NCBI GenBank assembly: GCA_030141605.1
Contig: JAQGDQ010000172.1
Coordinates: 62,001 to 126,000 of the forward strand
DNA: 64,000 bases
Direction of reading: 5' to 3'
DNA from: Tubiluchus corallicola
Taxonomy: Eukaryota; Animalia; Priapulida
Notes under the pieces: generated by a model
The model's database searches: none
The model's input: only the letters and a program-made list of their open reading frames with translations
What the model was told of the DNA's origin: nothing
Made by a program: the position numbers and the translations under genes
Shown here: positions 1-15,100 of the stretch, in pieces
Layout of the letters: the number at the start of each line of letters is the position of its first letter
How positions within the stretch are numbered: the stretch's first letter is position 1

Positions 1-112
1 CAAATGCATTGTCTGGTAAACTTAACCTTTGGCCTTTTCACGATCATCATCAATTACTGGAACTGTAAAAGGTCTTATTGATACAAAAGACCCTATTTAT
101 TTTGTATTTCAG

Positions 113-3100
113 ATTATAATTTATCTCTGCATAACCTAAATGATTTTAGTGACATGGTAGCACATTTTCTGCGAAAAGACCTTCACTACTATTATGTATG
201 TATTCGTTTTATAAAGTACTCTATTTTTGCTATTAATCACTGTTACGCAAGCCATTTGCTTTCTGAAAACCTGTCTTAATGAGATATAACTAGTTTCTGA
301 ACACCAATGTAAAACAAGAATGTCCTTAAGGAAAAGCTCTTCAATAAGCAGAGATTAGTTAGTCCATAGAGAGACATGGAAAATTTTTCTGCTTTAAAAT
401 TTGAATTTGTTATTCTAAGTCATCTCCAGTAAAGGCTAAAGGATAAATCACAGTTTAGCATTAATTGGTTGGCCACATAGCTGTTCATATTTTTTTTTTG
501 TTTATTAGTTGTGTAAGTTGAAGTTTGTTTCAGATTGTAGTAATTTGTTCTTCACCATGTGGGGAATGTTAAAGTCTCATAGACAGTGGTGTAGATAAAA
601 TAGGGGAGCAACCGATCCCCAAGTACTTTTTCAAAAAGCTGGCACCTGTTTTTTAACTCTTTAGTTCACTTGTGCAGTAAAAGTCAAATCTTTTTTACTT
701 TTTTAATCACATGACCTTGGAAGAATTTCATGGAATCATTACTTTATTTCTGTATTTCCTTTACAACTGTATCTTTTTTGTGTTTTGAAAATTCTTCACA
801 AAATTAAAATGTATAATGAAGGCATTAAAAATTTTTTGATACGTGTACGCCACCGTTTTTAAGTATTTGCTCCCTGTAACTTTAGAACCTGGCTGCACTC
901 CTGGTCACCGAAAATGGATGTCATAAATACGTGATGCCAGTTCTTGTCTCGAAATGATCACCATGCTGACCTTTAAACAGCTTCTTCCGTATCTTGCATT
1001 GTGGCTGTAGCTCACACCTAGAATCATCAGGCGGCTGACCAGGATTCGGTTTTCAAGTATTGAAAAAATGGCAGCCTTAAATCTTGCTTCATAATTTTTG
1101 GTCCTAATTTTTTTTGAAATTATTTAGTTTCCTCTATGCTCTAGTTAATTTGATGCTTGTTTGTGTATATATTGTAATCATACTTGTTTCCATTTATCAC
1201 TAGAAATTTGTTTATTTTATGGTGAAGTGTTGTATATATGTTTTATTTCGTTACATTTTTAGATTGATAGGCTAAGCCAGGTTTCGTTGATACAATCCAT
1301 TGTGTGTGACAAAGTATCGTTTTCGGATTTGTTGAAAGATGTCAATATTGATGCAGATGCAGTTTCTACTGCATTATGCAACAGTAATGATACCTGGTAC
1401 TTTACCCTCGAGGAGATGAACATACCTTTTGCTGAAAAAGAAAACATCAGTCGCACGGTGAGAGAACATTTTGAACTGTCTGTTTACACTTTTTAAAATA
1501 ATTCACTCTGAGTAATTATCTTGAAAGAATTCAAATATTGCTTATGGTAAGGGTTACCATTCTTGTTTAAGAAGCTGCAATAGAGATAGTTTTCAAGAGA
1601 AAGGCTGTGTGGGTTGTCTAAACACAATAAAGGTAGTACTAACATAGCAAACACTTTTACATGGTAAAAATCAGTTTGTGAATCTTGAATTTTGGCAATG
1701 TCTTAAAGAGTTTTTAAAGCATTGGGCATGATTTGTTCTGTACTTTAGCAGCAACTATTGGGTAACTAATCTGTTGAATGTTAAACTCAGCTGTTCAAAA
1801 ATTTTTGTAGCTGTATTTAAATTTTTGCACAATTGCATAATTTTAAATTTAAGCTTAATGATTACAAACTTGATATGTCTATTCATGACATTTAGACATG
1901 AGAAATTGGGGATGTTCATAAAGTCTGTTGAATTCCCAGTGTCTAGTAGTGCTGAAACAGTGAAAAGGTAGCACCAGTGGCGGCTCGTGTATAGGTACTG
2001 TGGTGCTACAGCACCCCCTGTTTTCATTAATTATTATTGATAATATTCAATAGAAGTCTTTTTTCTTTAGTTTTTTCTTCATACTTGTGCGGAACCTGAG
2101 CACGAGAGGAAAGCACAATTTACTTCACAGCCAAAGCAATGCGGTGTTTGGCTGTGCTGTGCGCATGCGGCCATGTGCACATGTCTGAGATAAGACGCTG
2201 TACTTTAAGTTGAAAGAGTACTGTCGCTCACTGCAGTACGTGTTGTCAGTTGTCACATGCTTAAAAGCCGTGTATAGGCATATTCTTGATATGCGACAAT
2301 TTAGGCTATTCGTAAGAAAACAATATTTTTTGTTTAGGAGTTTATCAATGTTATGTTTAAATTTGTTTGTTTGCTTAAAAGAACAATTATTATTACATAT
2401 GTTTGTTTCGTTTTACACAGTATTAAAACAAAGTCTAAAAAATTTTTAATTTGCAGCACCCCCATTAATTTTAACTATGAGCCGCCACTGGGTAGCACAC
2501 ATTGTTTTGGAAATAATATATGTATAACCAGCGAGGTTCCTTTAAAGATTTTAGAATGAAATAAAGCAGTCTTGAGGTATGAGGTAACTTTTTACTGTAA
2601 CACAAGAGCCCATGCCACACATTGACGGTTGTATCTGGTGTTGCCAAATTCTTCGTGAATATCTGAAAATCTGCCCATCCCTCAAGCCTGGCCCTCAAAC
2701 ACTTCTGAAACATATTAAATTTTGATTTATTAATTTTATAAATCTTTTCGACGTGCCAATATTATCGACATTGATGCTCGGTAAATTTTATGAAATTTAG
2801 TTCCATAAATGTTTTTAGTGCTGTTTTATTTTTTGGTTTAGTTTTTATTATATTATCATTGTAATAATTTTAGACAATATACAACTTTTGTAATATTGAA
2901 ATCAACTTATAACAACGTATTGAATTATTTAATCATGAAATTTGATATCAATTCTGTACTTTTTAATCTATATTGCACCAGCCTTTAAGACTAATATACA
3001 TCTTCTGTGTATATCTTTATATAGTTCTTGTCAGATTATGTTTTGTTTGTAACTGCGTACATTTATTTTTGTGTGTGTGCTGTGTGTGATTTCTGTTTTT

Positions 3101-6100
3101 GAACTAAAAGTCCAGTGACTGGAATGTATGTATTTCTTTTATTTATAACAAATTAAATGATTTTATACTACTAATTATTAGCATCATTCGTATTCTTTTT
3201 TGCAGCTTTTGTATTACGGTTTTGAAAAAGACTATGATGGAATGGTAAAAGTGATAACAAAAAATTACGTCAACATCAGTTTTGCCAATGTGAATGAGAG
3301 AAATGAGAACTTTCAGCAGATACTGAATGACATGACAGCCTTTCTTAGCGGGTTTGATTACACCACGGCAGACTGGGGAGGATTCCTCAGCGAGCTACCC
3401 CTGAAGGATCAACTTTTGGATGTGTGAGTTTGTTTATATTCTTATTAACTTTTTAGTAATTCAGAAAATATAATAAGAATTAAAAATAAGTTTTTTTTAA
3501 TTAGTATGATCTTAATGTCAGCTAACATTCGACTGCATTCCAGCTTTTTCATACTTCCTGTCTTTCAAGTTTCATATAAAAATTTAATGAAGTGTGGTTT
3601 GTAGCATAATTCGTGGGAAAGTAGTTTCAGTAAATTTTTTTATTTCAGATTTTTTGAGTTTCTGAGTGATTTTGATGATGGGCAACCCCCTCAGAATTAC
3701 AGATGGCAAGTGACAAAAGATACGATTAATTCATTCACCCAAACGTTAGAGGACATAAATGAGCAACTGAACTTATTGGAAGGTCAGTATCTAACCATTT
3801 AAATTTGAAGAAGTGTGGTTGAATTAACTTTTTTGCTACTTTAGTGTAGCAGTGCATTGCAAATGCTCATTCCGTAAATGTTTTTAGTGAGAACACAGTT
3901 TTTAGTGAGAACACAGACTCCTTGTGACTGTTTCTAAAAAATCTAATTTATGTTATTAATTAGTTGAATTAGTAACATATTCTTTTTGTATGGTGCACGG
4001 GTATGAGTAACTCATTTAGGAAATCTTTATTGAATGTTAGCATTTGTCCAGGCCTCCGCAAAGCAACAAATCGAACCCATTCAGTGAATGGCTATTGCAA
4101 ACAGGACCTTATAATGTGGCCATAGTTAATTATCATAATGTAGAACATTACCTTCCCTACCAAAAGCTCTAAGCAGTAATATACTTCCTGATGTAAAAAC
4201 AGCAAAAAACAGAAGATTGCTAGCAGCCACCTAACTACTGTTTTCTTCCCCTTCCCCCATGTGATAGTATTGTTTGTTATTATTTTTATAATTATAAGTA
4301 CACCTGGGTAAGGCAAAGAATTACTCATTTCTAAAGTTTACAAGATTTTCTTTTTTCACGATCATGTGGGAATAACATATAAAGTTGTCTTACATCATAC
4401 GATACCTCCCTGATTGTTCTCTCTTCTCAAGAATTTGTTGCACTGAATTTGTATATTGTGGGGGAAACTCTGTAAAAGTTTTTTCAAGTAATTGAAAGTA
4501 GTTTTGTTACCTGAGTTGCTATTCATTTTCGTATTTGGATAAATACTACAGCTGCAAATAATTAATTTTTTTTGTAAAGTTGATTGGTTTTTATATTTAC
4601 TGTTGTTTAAACCAGATTTTTTGCTCTTATTATTTTGTTTTTACTAAAGCAAGGCTATCTTTTCAACAGATAATTTTTCTGTGACTTCTTTGCTGGAAAA
4701 ACCAGAAACCATCGTGGAACTTATGTCTTGGCTAATGGAAGAAGAGAACCTAGAAAGACTAATAAATGTCTCTATCAATGGAGAACAGGTACTTTTGAGC
4801 ACTTCTTTTTGTTCTTAATTATACTGACTTTGTTCCCTTAAAGCTATAAATGTTGTATGTTAAGAGGCAGAGAATTTTTTTTGTTATACTAGATAGTTTT
4901 TCGAATTTTGCATAAAATGTAGAGTTAAATGGCATTTATGTAGCATCCGGAATGCACTATGCATTATGTGTTATCTACCTGCCGAATAGCTGTGGAATTA
5001 AAAATATGAAATAACTGCAGAAAAAATAATGCATAACGCAGGTCCAATAAACGGGTGCATTGAAGACAATATAAAGCTATTTTTCTATTCCGCACCTTCA
5101 TCACGCATATGCATACCGGATGCTACATAAACACCACTTTATACGAATTCCTGCACATTTCTTGATCTGTGGTTGATTAAAATTTTAAAAGCTATTAGGC
5201 ATGCTCGAATATAAATCAGTCAGTAGTTCTAAGCCATAAATCACATGTTTGTGTTTCAGTCGGTCCTGGAGCTGAGGCATCGTATTCAAGCAGGTTTATC
5301 ATGCCATTTTGTTACTGTATGAAAAAGCATGTTTTCATGTTTATAAGCTGTGTTATTCATAGCCTATTACAAATGTTATTCATAGCCTATTACAAAAAAG
5401 CAGCAAAGTGCATACAGAAAATCAAGTATGCACTTTCAGACAACGAATACATGTGTTCATATTTTTCTGTATGTCAAAGTGCATACAGAAGAATTCTAGC
5501 AAATTATAAAACTTAACAGTAAGTTGTAACATGTGTTGCACTTAAGTCTGTGATACTTTTTACATACATTCTTTCATACAAGTTGTACAATTAATATTGT
5601 CCTCTTATAGTAGTTGGATAATTTAGTAAATGCAGGTCCAAAAGTCATATAAAATGTGTTAAGTATTTTAACACAGAAAATAAGTTTTCATTTTTGTTGC
5701 CTAAAAGTATGATGAAACATTAGAGCATTGTTCTTAATAATTGATATTAAGACTCGTAAGCGTGATTTTTATGATATTTTTGCAGTGCATTGTACAGATT
5801 ACTAATAATAAAACTTATAGTTTTTTTGTATTTGTATTATCTTTTGTCGCCAATAAGAAATAAGCATTAGCATTGTAGCATGTATGTGACAATTTTTCAG
5901 TTGATAGCTTTGAGGCACGAGAACACCAGTTGGGATTCCTTTCTTCCAGGGTTTCCAAAGGCACTAACTGACAAGGTAGTTTACTACAGTTCTCTGTTAT
6001 TTTGAGCTACAACGTTTTCTCAAAAGTGCAATGCTTTCATTTAATTTTTCTAACAGAAATTTTGCAATTTTATGCTTGCTTTTAAAAGTGAAAGGTGCAG

Positions 6101-9100
6101 TTCTTGGGTTTTGAGTGAACAGAACATCAGAACATATCTGCCTTTCTTCACAGTTGCATTTTGTTAAATTTAGCTTTCTTAAACTGATCAGCATTTTTGG
6201 AATTTGTCACTTGTGTCAGCTTAATTTCCCCAAAACGAAATTTTGTTTGTTGATGTGATTCTTCTTTCTTGGTGTATTTTCGGGTAATAAAAATTGTTGT
6301 GCATTACAGATTGAAAGGCAAGCCCGATACCGTTTTTCCGGTCAGGTGCAATGGAATCATTTGCGCGACTTGTTGAAGCAACTTTTCAGTCATTCTTTTG
6401 TCAACTCTAGCAAAAGTTCTATTGGCAACTTCTTTGCCGGTTTTTCTTCAGATTGGTTACAGCCTATTATGAACACGATGACTACGTATGATAGGTTGGT
6501 ATTAGCTTAAGGTTGAAAGAATTTGTTTTGCATTTTTGTTAATAATTATTGACATTGTATAAGTTCAGTTCTTATACTTGCACGATGCATTTACATACAG
6601 ATAATTAGTTTGCAGTTTGGAATAAGAACTTAAAATGGCAGAAGTATTAGTTCAGTACAAACATTTCACCAAGCCATTAATTTAATTTCTATCACTATGT
6701 CACGTTCAGTAAAACACTTAGACAAGGATTACGGTCATACCTAATGTGTTGTTTTATAAATTTTGGATCAAATCACCTGGCAATAAAGTAACATTAAAGT
6801 AGCAAAGTAGTGAAATTGTTATTAGTGTGACCTTCAGTTTTTGTTTAATAAGATTAGTGTAACAGTGTATGTACAGAGGATATTTTAAAAGGATGCACTT
6901 GTCAAATAACTAATGATTAAAATGTTTTTCTGTGATCGATTACCAAAAGTAAATTGTTTGACCCAAACTCTGGAATTTGTTTTGTGATACTTTTAAGCTC
7001 CAGCTTCGAAAGCATATGTGAGGTGACAGAGAAATTTATGGGAAACAAATTTGTAAACTACAGTTCTGTTGAAGTTGTTTGGAGATTGAAATCAGCAATG
7101 GACATCGTAGTCAAACACCTGCATTCTCAAAGTAAGTAGAAATGATAACTTTTAGTTACCCAGATCGTCCTTCTTTTGAAAGTAATGAATGAGAAACCAA
7201 TAATTCTAATAACAAAGAAATATAACAAAAAAGAGAATGGAATTTAGGTTAGGTAAACCAGCATGTCAAGAATTGATCAGTAAGGTTTTTTTATATTGCT
7301 TAAATGCTCTTTTTAGCCTTTTACTGTTTATTTTGCTGTTGAAAGATATATTGAATTTGAAGCTGAATATCTAATCTTGGAAGTTTTTTCTTCTAACTAG
7401 CATTAGAAGACCTGCTGTGTGAGATGTATGATTATAATCCAGCAGCTATGATAAAGAAGTGGAATGAAACGCAGAAATTTTTGACTGAGGTATGTCAAAA
7501 TATAGTACTTAGGTTTTACAAATTAATTGGGTAGATTTATGCCTGCTTTTAACAACACTTTTTACCCAGTAAATATTTTAAATTGCAACACTGTTTTAGC
7601 ATAGATTGCTTGTGCAATACTATCTCTGATTGTCCGATTGCATTTTAAATGACAAAAATTATGTATATACCTGTCATAGTCATTTGTTAATCATTCCATT
7701 TAATCAACTTTTCCGATTTTTTGCAAAGCATGATAAACTTTTGAAGCGACAAATTCTAGTAAAATTTCATTAAAATAAACTTACAGTATGCCTTCAATTA
7801 GAGTGTGAAAAAAAATTGTTTGAATTTCTTTAGGAAACCTTAGGAAGTGCGCTGCATCTGAGTGGAAAATTTTTGTTAAGCTCTCCGTACATGTGCCTTG
7901 GCAAAGTGATTCATTCAGCCACTTGTGTGACTCCTTACATTTACATGACTCAATGATCTTTATTTTTCTTCCAGCCACCAATGCTTTTATTATGTTTAGG
8001 TGACTGATATATTTCAAGGAGCATTTACAGAAATGCCAACTTGTAAGGGATTCTTTGATACTTATAATAAATTTATGAAGCTGCCTCTTATGAATATGAC
8101 CTCTGAACTGGAAGCCAATAACAAGTTGCTGATGCACGTTTCCATTTCAACTTGCGTTCAACTAGAACCTGAGTGGAATCTGCAGTTAGTACATTTATTT
8201 TGTTTTTTTATGATTTTTATTGAAAGAGGGTAAATGTTAGATCTTTGTTGTGTGGCTATTGTTATTTTTGGTGGCTTGTTCTTTCTTTTTGTTTAAGTAA
8301 ACGCTTTTTGTGCAATATATATTTTAAAGTATCAGTAAACAAAAGGGTTAACTTTTTAATTATGTTAAGAAGTATATTTTTTTCGCTTCCGAATATCCCA
8401 ATAAAACAAGAAGTAAAGCAAAAAAAAAGTATTGATTCCTTCTAGAAGGCCAACCAAAACTGGACACCAGTCTTAACTGAAATCTTTTGTTCTTGCTAAT
8501 AAGCTACGTTCTGATCCCACCACCACTAAATTAGTGTCATTTTGGACTGGACCTCATTAAGCAGATTGCCAAACTGAATTGGTGATATTAATAATTTTGC
8601 ATTTATCTGTGCATTTTTTAAATATTAAATTATTAGTTTTTGTTCATTATTAGAGTAATATTATAGATCAAATAAAAAAATTATTGACCTTTTTGTAGGC
8701 AGCAGATAGAGTACTGCGAGGCAGGCCTGGTGATTGCTAGGCAACAAGCAGAGTTATTTGGCTTTACTGATTTTGAAGAACAAACTATGCTTCAAATAAA
8801 ATCTAGAGAAATTGCTTTAGAGCAAATGTTGGCTGTACCAGGTAGCTATAATAATTAGATTATAATGATTAAACTCGCATAAAGTCTAATAAAACTTTTA
8901 ATTTTGTTCTACATTCTTTGTCTTTAGTGTCACACAAAATGTTTTTGTCAAAAGTACGTGTTGGCAACCATACTAGTTAGTGCATTTTCACTTTGTGTTT
9001 TTCAGCCATAGGCGAAATCATCTGTGACATTCCATCTATGAATTTTAGCACATTTTACTCCAGAATAATGGAAGATCTTCATATCTCTAGTACCATACAA

Positions 9101-12100
9101 AAGGTATTACAATATATCTTTAGATGCCAATGTTGTCTCTTTCGTGATTTCTTGCAGTTTTGTGTTTTCTTTACCTTATTCTTCATATGTGGCAATCGTA
9201 TCTTCAATTAAAGTTAATTCTTTTCTGTGCTGCAGCTTGCGTTATCCTAAAATTTTGCTTGTGTGTAGTTCTTCATACAATTTTTCTTCGTGTTTTTGCT
9301 TAGTGAGAGATTATGTTTGATCTTGTGTGCTCTTAAACATTTAAGTAGAAAAAGCAGTTTTTGTGTACTAAGTAGAAGATGCTTAGTAGGCAAAGTTCAG
9401 TCTTAAGTGGCATACGGACGCACGTACGCACACACACTAATAATGCCATGAATACTATATTATTGACACTAATATTGTGCAAGACAAGAATGTGCTTTAA
9501 AATGGCATACAGATGCTCAGTAATGCTCAGTAAGTGCTTTAGACAACTTATTATTATTTCTGTTCTGGAAAGGGCCCTTAATTAACATTTTTGCAATGCA
9601 TTTTCTACAACTGTCAAACTAATGTAAAAGTATTAATAATTTCGTATTGAGCATACAAATATATACATATTGATTTCATACTATTTTCAACATTGCATGT
9701 GGTTTTTGTAACTGATGTAAAACCTTATTAAACTACTTTGTAGGTGAATGAACTAAAACGTAATTTAAGAGATGGATTTAACAAATCTGTGAACTGCACT
9801 GAGGTCACAAGCACAGAAAAGCAATTAATGGATAAGATTGTTCTTGCATTTGAGAATCTTTTCAACTCGACTACAGGTGATCTTTATCTGAGGTGTTTGT
9901 CGGAGTTGGGTGAGGCTTCTCTGTGGCACGAGATTGATGCGTAAGTTAAAAAACTTTTATTTTTTTATATTTTTGTTATTGTTACTTTTATATGTTTCTA
10001 TAATTCTAAAATATTTTGAAAAATAAAACTAAAAATATAACTGTTATTGTTATATATATTTGTTATTGCTATCAATCTTGTTCAAGTTATGCCTGGCTAG
10101 TCATACCATTTTTGTAACTTATTTTTAAACTACTTATTGTTCTTATATAATCTTATATTATATTGATATGAGTTATTCCATTTATTACAATGCTTATTTG
10201 TAAAAGCAGGTAATGTCCTTCTAATAATTATAAGTGTATTTTATTTAACTGTCTTTGTAGTAAGTGGGAGTTGGTATTATTTTTCTAATACTTATACAGA
10301 AGAATCTTGAGTTAAGCATCTTGTTGCTTTATTGACAATTCTGTATTTAAAAAAAACTATACAAAAAAACTTTTAAGATTTTTTTTATGATAAAATAACT
10401 TAACACAACTAACTTAAAGGTGTTTTGGTAGTACATCTTAAGAGATAGTAAGAGATAGTGTATGAGATAAGCAGTTGATTTATATCATCATAAATTAAGT
10501 AATTCGGGAAGCACGCTGAAGGAGCATTTAATTATTATTTTTTGAAACAGCTTATTTACACTCCGGTGTCTGCCTTTTGAATTGCACACACACGTACAAA
10601 CACGCACGCACGCACACACATTATTCATGTCAAAGCTTTACAATTTATGGGAGTTACCTTGTTGAGATTTATTTAGCTTACTGTGTGTGCTATGTCCCAA
10701 AAGAGAAATGCTAAATTTAACATGCATGTTCATTACTTGTAGAATTTTTAATGAAATCTATGAATTATTGACTCTCACTTTTACACTGACTTTCCTCCAT
10801 GCTGTCACTTAAAGGCCAAGAGAACCTTTTATTTGCGTAAAGCTAAACATTACTACGCACTATCTTCACATAGCTTGTATTAGTATCAACACCATGTAAA
10901 ACTTATAAACTTAAACTCCCTGAATGACCATTAGGCACAGACATTTTGATGGTCTTGAACGGAGTTTCAACTCGATTGAAACAACTTTATATAACATTGT
11001 GTAAATCTTGAAAAAATAATTAGAGCACTTCTAGCACAAGCTTCACTAATTAAGCAAAAATGTAAATTACTTTATCGTGTCAATAAGATTAATAACAAAT
11101 TTTTTGATGAGCCAGTGAACTTTGTATGGAAAGCTTTATCTTTTCTTCCCCTTTTATTCATACATTATTTTTTCTGACTTTGACAGCAAATTTCAGCTGA
11201 CTTGGGCTTTTGCTACGTTTTAAAAGTGCCTCACATTATTTTGCTGATATCATGCTATGCATGTGCTTTTAGGATTATTCAAATGATGTCATCTGTTGTT
11301 CCGTTGCTTCAAAATAACACAGTAGTAGAAGAAATACTGAAAGTCACTAATCCAGATGAACTCCAGAGTCTTTTGGACAATCTTGGTGTTTCAGTTACAG
11401 GTATCTAGTTCATCTTATCATAATTGTGCCCTCTTTTATCTTGCTTATCTTATTACTAAAGATGTCTAAATGAGTATGTCGAAAAATGTCTTTAAACAGG
11501 CCATTTTGGCCAGACGTATGTTGACAAGGCATAATTTTTAATACAAAATAATAGGAAAATAATGAGTTCTGGTGTTGCACTTATCTTTTTTTTAATTGTG
11601 TATTATTATTGTTGTTGTTGTTGATTTTTTTCTTTTTAGTGTAGTCTGTAAGCAGCTATTAGCATAATTCTACTGTAAGAGATACTCATTGAGAGTTCTC
11701 CTTTTGGTTTTTATTCAACATACAGTATCTCTTAATAATAGAAAGGACCCACAATTATTGAATTTTTGAAATACCAAACTTGTCTGAAAAAGAATGTGAA
11801 AAAATTGTGGCTGAAGCTGGATTTGAACCAGGGCCTTTGGATTATAATTGCAGTGCCATGACCTCTAAGTTTTGATTTGATCCTTACAGCTCACCACCAA
11901 CCAGTTCAACTTTACAAAGTGTTAGCTTATTCACACTGGCTTATAAATAATTAATTAACATATCTTAGTATTTATTACTTTAATTGCATAAGTTCCAACA
12001 TTTAGTTTAATTTAGTGAATGAAATTTTCAGATTACATCGGACAAACAACAGATATCACAGTCGAGTCTCTACATGAACTGGGTGACCGTCTTAACACTG

Positions 12101-15100
12101 TTACTAAAAGTGTACAAGTCTTGTTAAATCAAGGCATTATAATTGATTTTCGCAAAATTGATCTAGAAAATCTAGACCTGTCGAACGTCATACAAGTCGT
12201 TCACAGAGCTTTGGATGCTTCCACCATTGGGACATTGAGTAATGCGTAAGTAGCATTTTACATTCCGTCAGATATGGTTAGATAAATTTGTGCACTTACT
12301 GCTGATTTGTATGAGACGTCTGAGCACTGTGTTTTACAGGGTGTTCCAAAAGAAATGGTGCATTTACAAATGCTATAGGCATGCCTATTATACTCTATAA
12401 AAATTCAATAAGTGCGCACATATATATTAACAGGGCTCACTTGCATCAGTTATTGTATTATAATCTCTTACTATATGACTTAAAACTTGTCTGCATTTCT
12501 TTGTGATTTGATAAGGATATTTCGGCACGTCTGCAAATTTTTACTACACTGTCTGTTCTGGAACACCTCGTACTTGTGACAGTACTTATATTATGTACCG
12601 CCGTGTTTGTCGTCCAAGCATTGTGTTTTACAGGATTTTCCAAAAGAAATGATCATTACCAAATGCTATAAGCATTCCTATATTACTTGCATGCCTTACA
12701 TTAAATGCTACGAGCATACCTTCACTGTTGAAACAAGATGTTGGTCAATTTTGCACATGTCGCAATAAGGTTACTAAAGAATAAGGAATGCTAATGAAAG
12801 AACAAATTTCTATTTGGTACAGGTTCCAAATTTCATCAGTAAATTTAGTAATTCGTCTTACAGCTCATTGAGCTACTCTTAGCCAGATCATGCTTTTCAC
12901 TTTTTATAGGGTCTAACAAAATTAAGGGGCCCCTCTGACGGAGCCACCCTCGATCTCGCCCACATCATGAATTTCTTTACTCGTGATGTGTTTTCGCGAC
13001 ATTTATGTAACTTGAAGTAAACTTATTGCAAATTCTTTGAATAAACTAGAATAGCTATATTTTGTTTGTCAATAAAAATATTCTTTAAGAAAGTATCACT
13101 ATTTTCACTATTGATTTGCAAACCAAATTAGCACATATTTCAATAGAACAGTAGTGGAAAACAGTTTTTTTTACCAACTGTTACCAGAGCTTGCGGGCCT
13201 CGAGCTTGAGAGGCCCTGGGCTGCAGCTATACTAGCCTATAGGATAGTCCGGCCCTGCTCCCAGCATCAGCAAATTATTTTTACGTAACTTTATGTCTTC
13301 TTCAGTTTGCCTGGTATGTCATCTGCTGTGGTTTGGAAAAGCAAATCATTTGTCTTTGCCATACCTTAAAACAACTAATAGGTGTAGGGGTTTGTCTGTG
13401 TAATAATTATTCAATTTTAAATTTTTTACTTGTAAAACTTAACTATGTTTAGGTCTCTTTGGAAAACACCTAAATAGACAGAGCATTTGTTTAGTGGGTA
13501 ATTAAATAAGCCTATTTTTTGCATATTGTAAATAATATTTTATCTGCCTATGTTGATTTTTGCTCTGCTGTGTTGGAATTGTTCATAAATGTTTTTTAAA
13601 CTATTTTTCCAGGATTGAAGACCTGTTAGCATCATTACTCGGATTTTTTGGTTTTGATGAAAACAGTCCTGTTGTTAATGATTTAGAAACTGTTGCTAAA
13701 GGTGTCGAGGGCTTGCAGGCTCTCAGATTTGCCATATCGCGTGATGGATCAAGCAGCAGTGCAATGGGTAAGCATTCAGAACAATTACAGCTAAATTGAT
13801 TAATGCACCGAGGAGTCAAATATGTTCAGTATGCACTAAATAAACTTAAATTAAGAACTCTCCATCTGTTTATTTGTTTATTTGTTTGACTAACTAATTT
13901 TTCAATATTTTATTACACATTTGTAAAAAGTTACTTTTTTATTATTTTTAGATACTTCTGTTGATGCATTTCCATATAACACATCTAGTGTGTCAGAACC
14001 TTCCATCAGCTTTGGCGTTACAGGTAAGCTATTTATTGATTACACAAAACGTGTGAAAACTGATTATTTATTTGTATATTGGAAAATCGCATTTTGCCAA
14101 TAAATAGTCAAACAAGTAAATAACTAACTATGCTGTTTCTACTATTAGAAGCGTGCAATCACAAAATGCAGCTATAGAAAACTGTGTATGTTTAGAAAGC
14201 TATTTATATGCATTTTCTTAGATCGGTATTAGAAATTAATGAATATAATTAACTCAATTTTGCAGTTTACATAGTCGGGCGATGTGGGAATTATAAAAAT
14301 CATTCGCAATGTTAGCCCAAATTGTAGTTATCGCAAACATTAGTATAAACTGAATTAAGCAGTAATTACTACGGTAATATTAGAGAGAGGTCCACTAGGC
14401 AAAACGGGAAGGGTATATTTCAAAGTTTTTTTTCACCCCCCCCCCCATTTGGAATATCCAATGTCTCTGAGTTTGAGAAATTAGGCGGCTGTTCCAGGCA
14501 TTGTTGTTACCTGCCATTCTACTGTGTTATAGATTGTACGTGTAAGTTATATCTCTAAGCCATTTCATCCAAGAAGCAATAAGCAAAAACTATGTAGAAT
14601 ATCCGCTCGTTATTGAACATTGGTGGGTGGGTCTAATAGAGTTTGTCACAGTACACAGTTTCAAATTTGTGCAAAATCTTTTGCATGGTTTTGCTATGCT
14701 GCTGTGCTGTTGGCGTTGTAGCTATCGTCATCGTTGTCGTCATCATCATCATCGTCATTATCATCATGATTACCATGTGATGTGGTGGGTTTGGTGTGGT
14801 GTAGTGTGGTATGGTGGCTGTGGTGAGTGTGCTGTGGATGGTGTGGTGTGGTATAGTGTGTGTGGTATGGTGTGAATGGTGTGGTGGGTGTGACGTGGTG
14901 TGGCTGGCATGGTTTTGGTGGTGTGTAATGTGGGTGTTGTGGTGTGTTGGTGTTGTGTGGCATGGATGACGTGGTGTGGGTAGGGTGGTGGAGTGGCATG
15001 GTGTGGGACTGTGGGTACTGTGGTGTTGTGTGGCGTGGATGACTTGGTGTGGGTAGGGTGGTGGAGTGGTATAGTGTGGGACTGTGGGTACTGTGGTGTG

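Noticed and set aside
3881-3917. Short tandem duplications (also 5351-5393 and 10441-10460) as CRISPR-like or regulatory repeats
   Set aside because: Two adjacent copies with no spacers; ordinary slippage duplications in eukaryotic introns.
11800-11865. tRNA gene (also 59250-59320 and about 45460-45530)
   Set aside because: Only B-box-like motifs are present with no complete cloverleaf; treated as SINE remnants.
12880-13260. hAT-like element ending AGTCCGGCCCTG
   Set aside because: The right end looks hAT-like, but no convincing left TIR or exact TSD was found.
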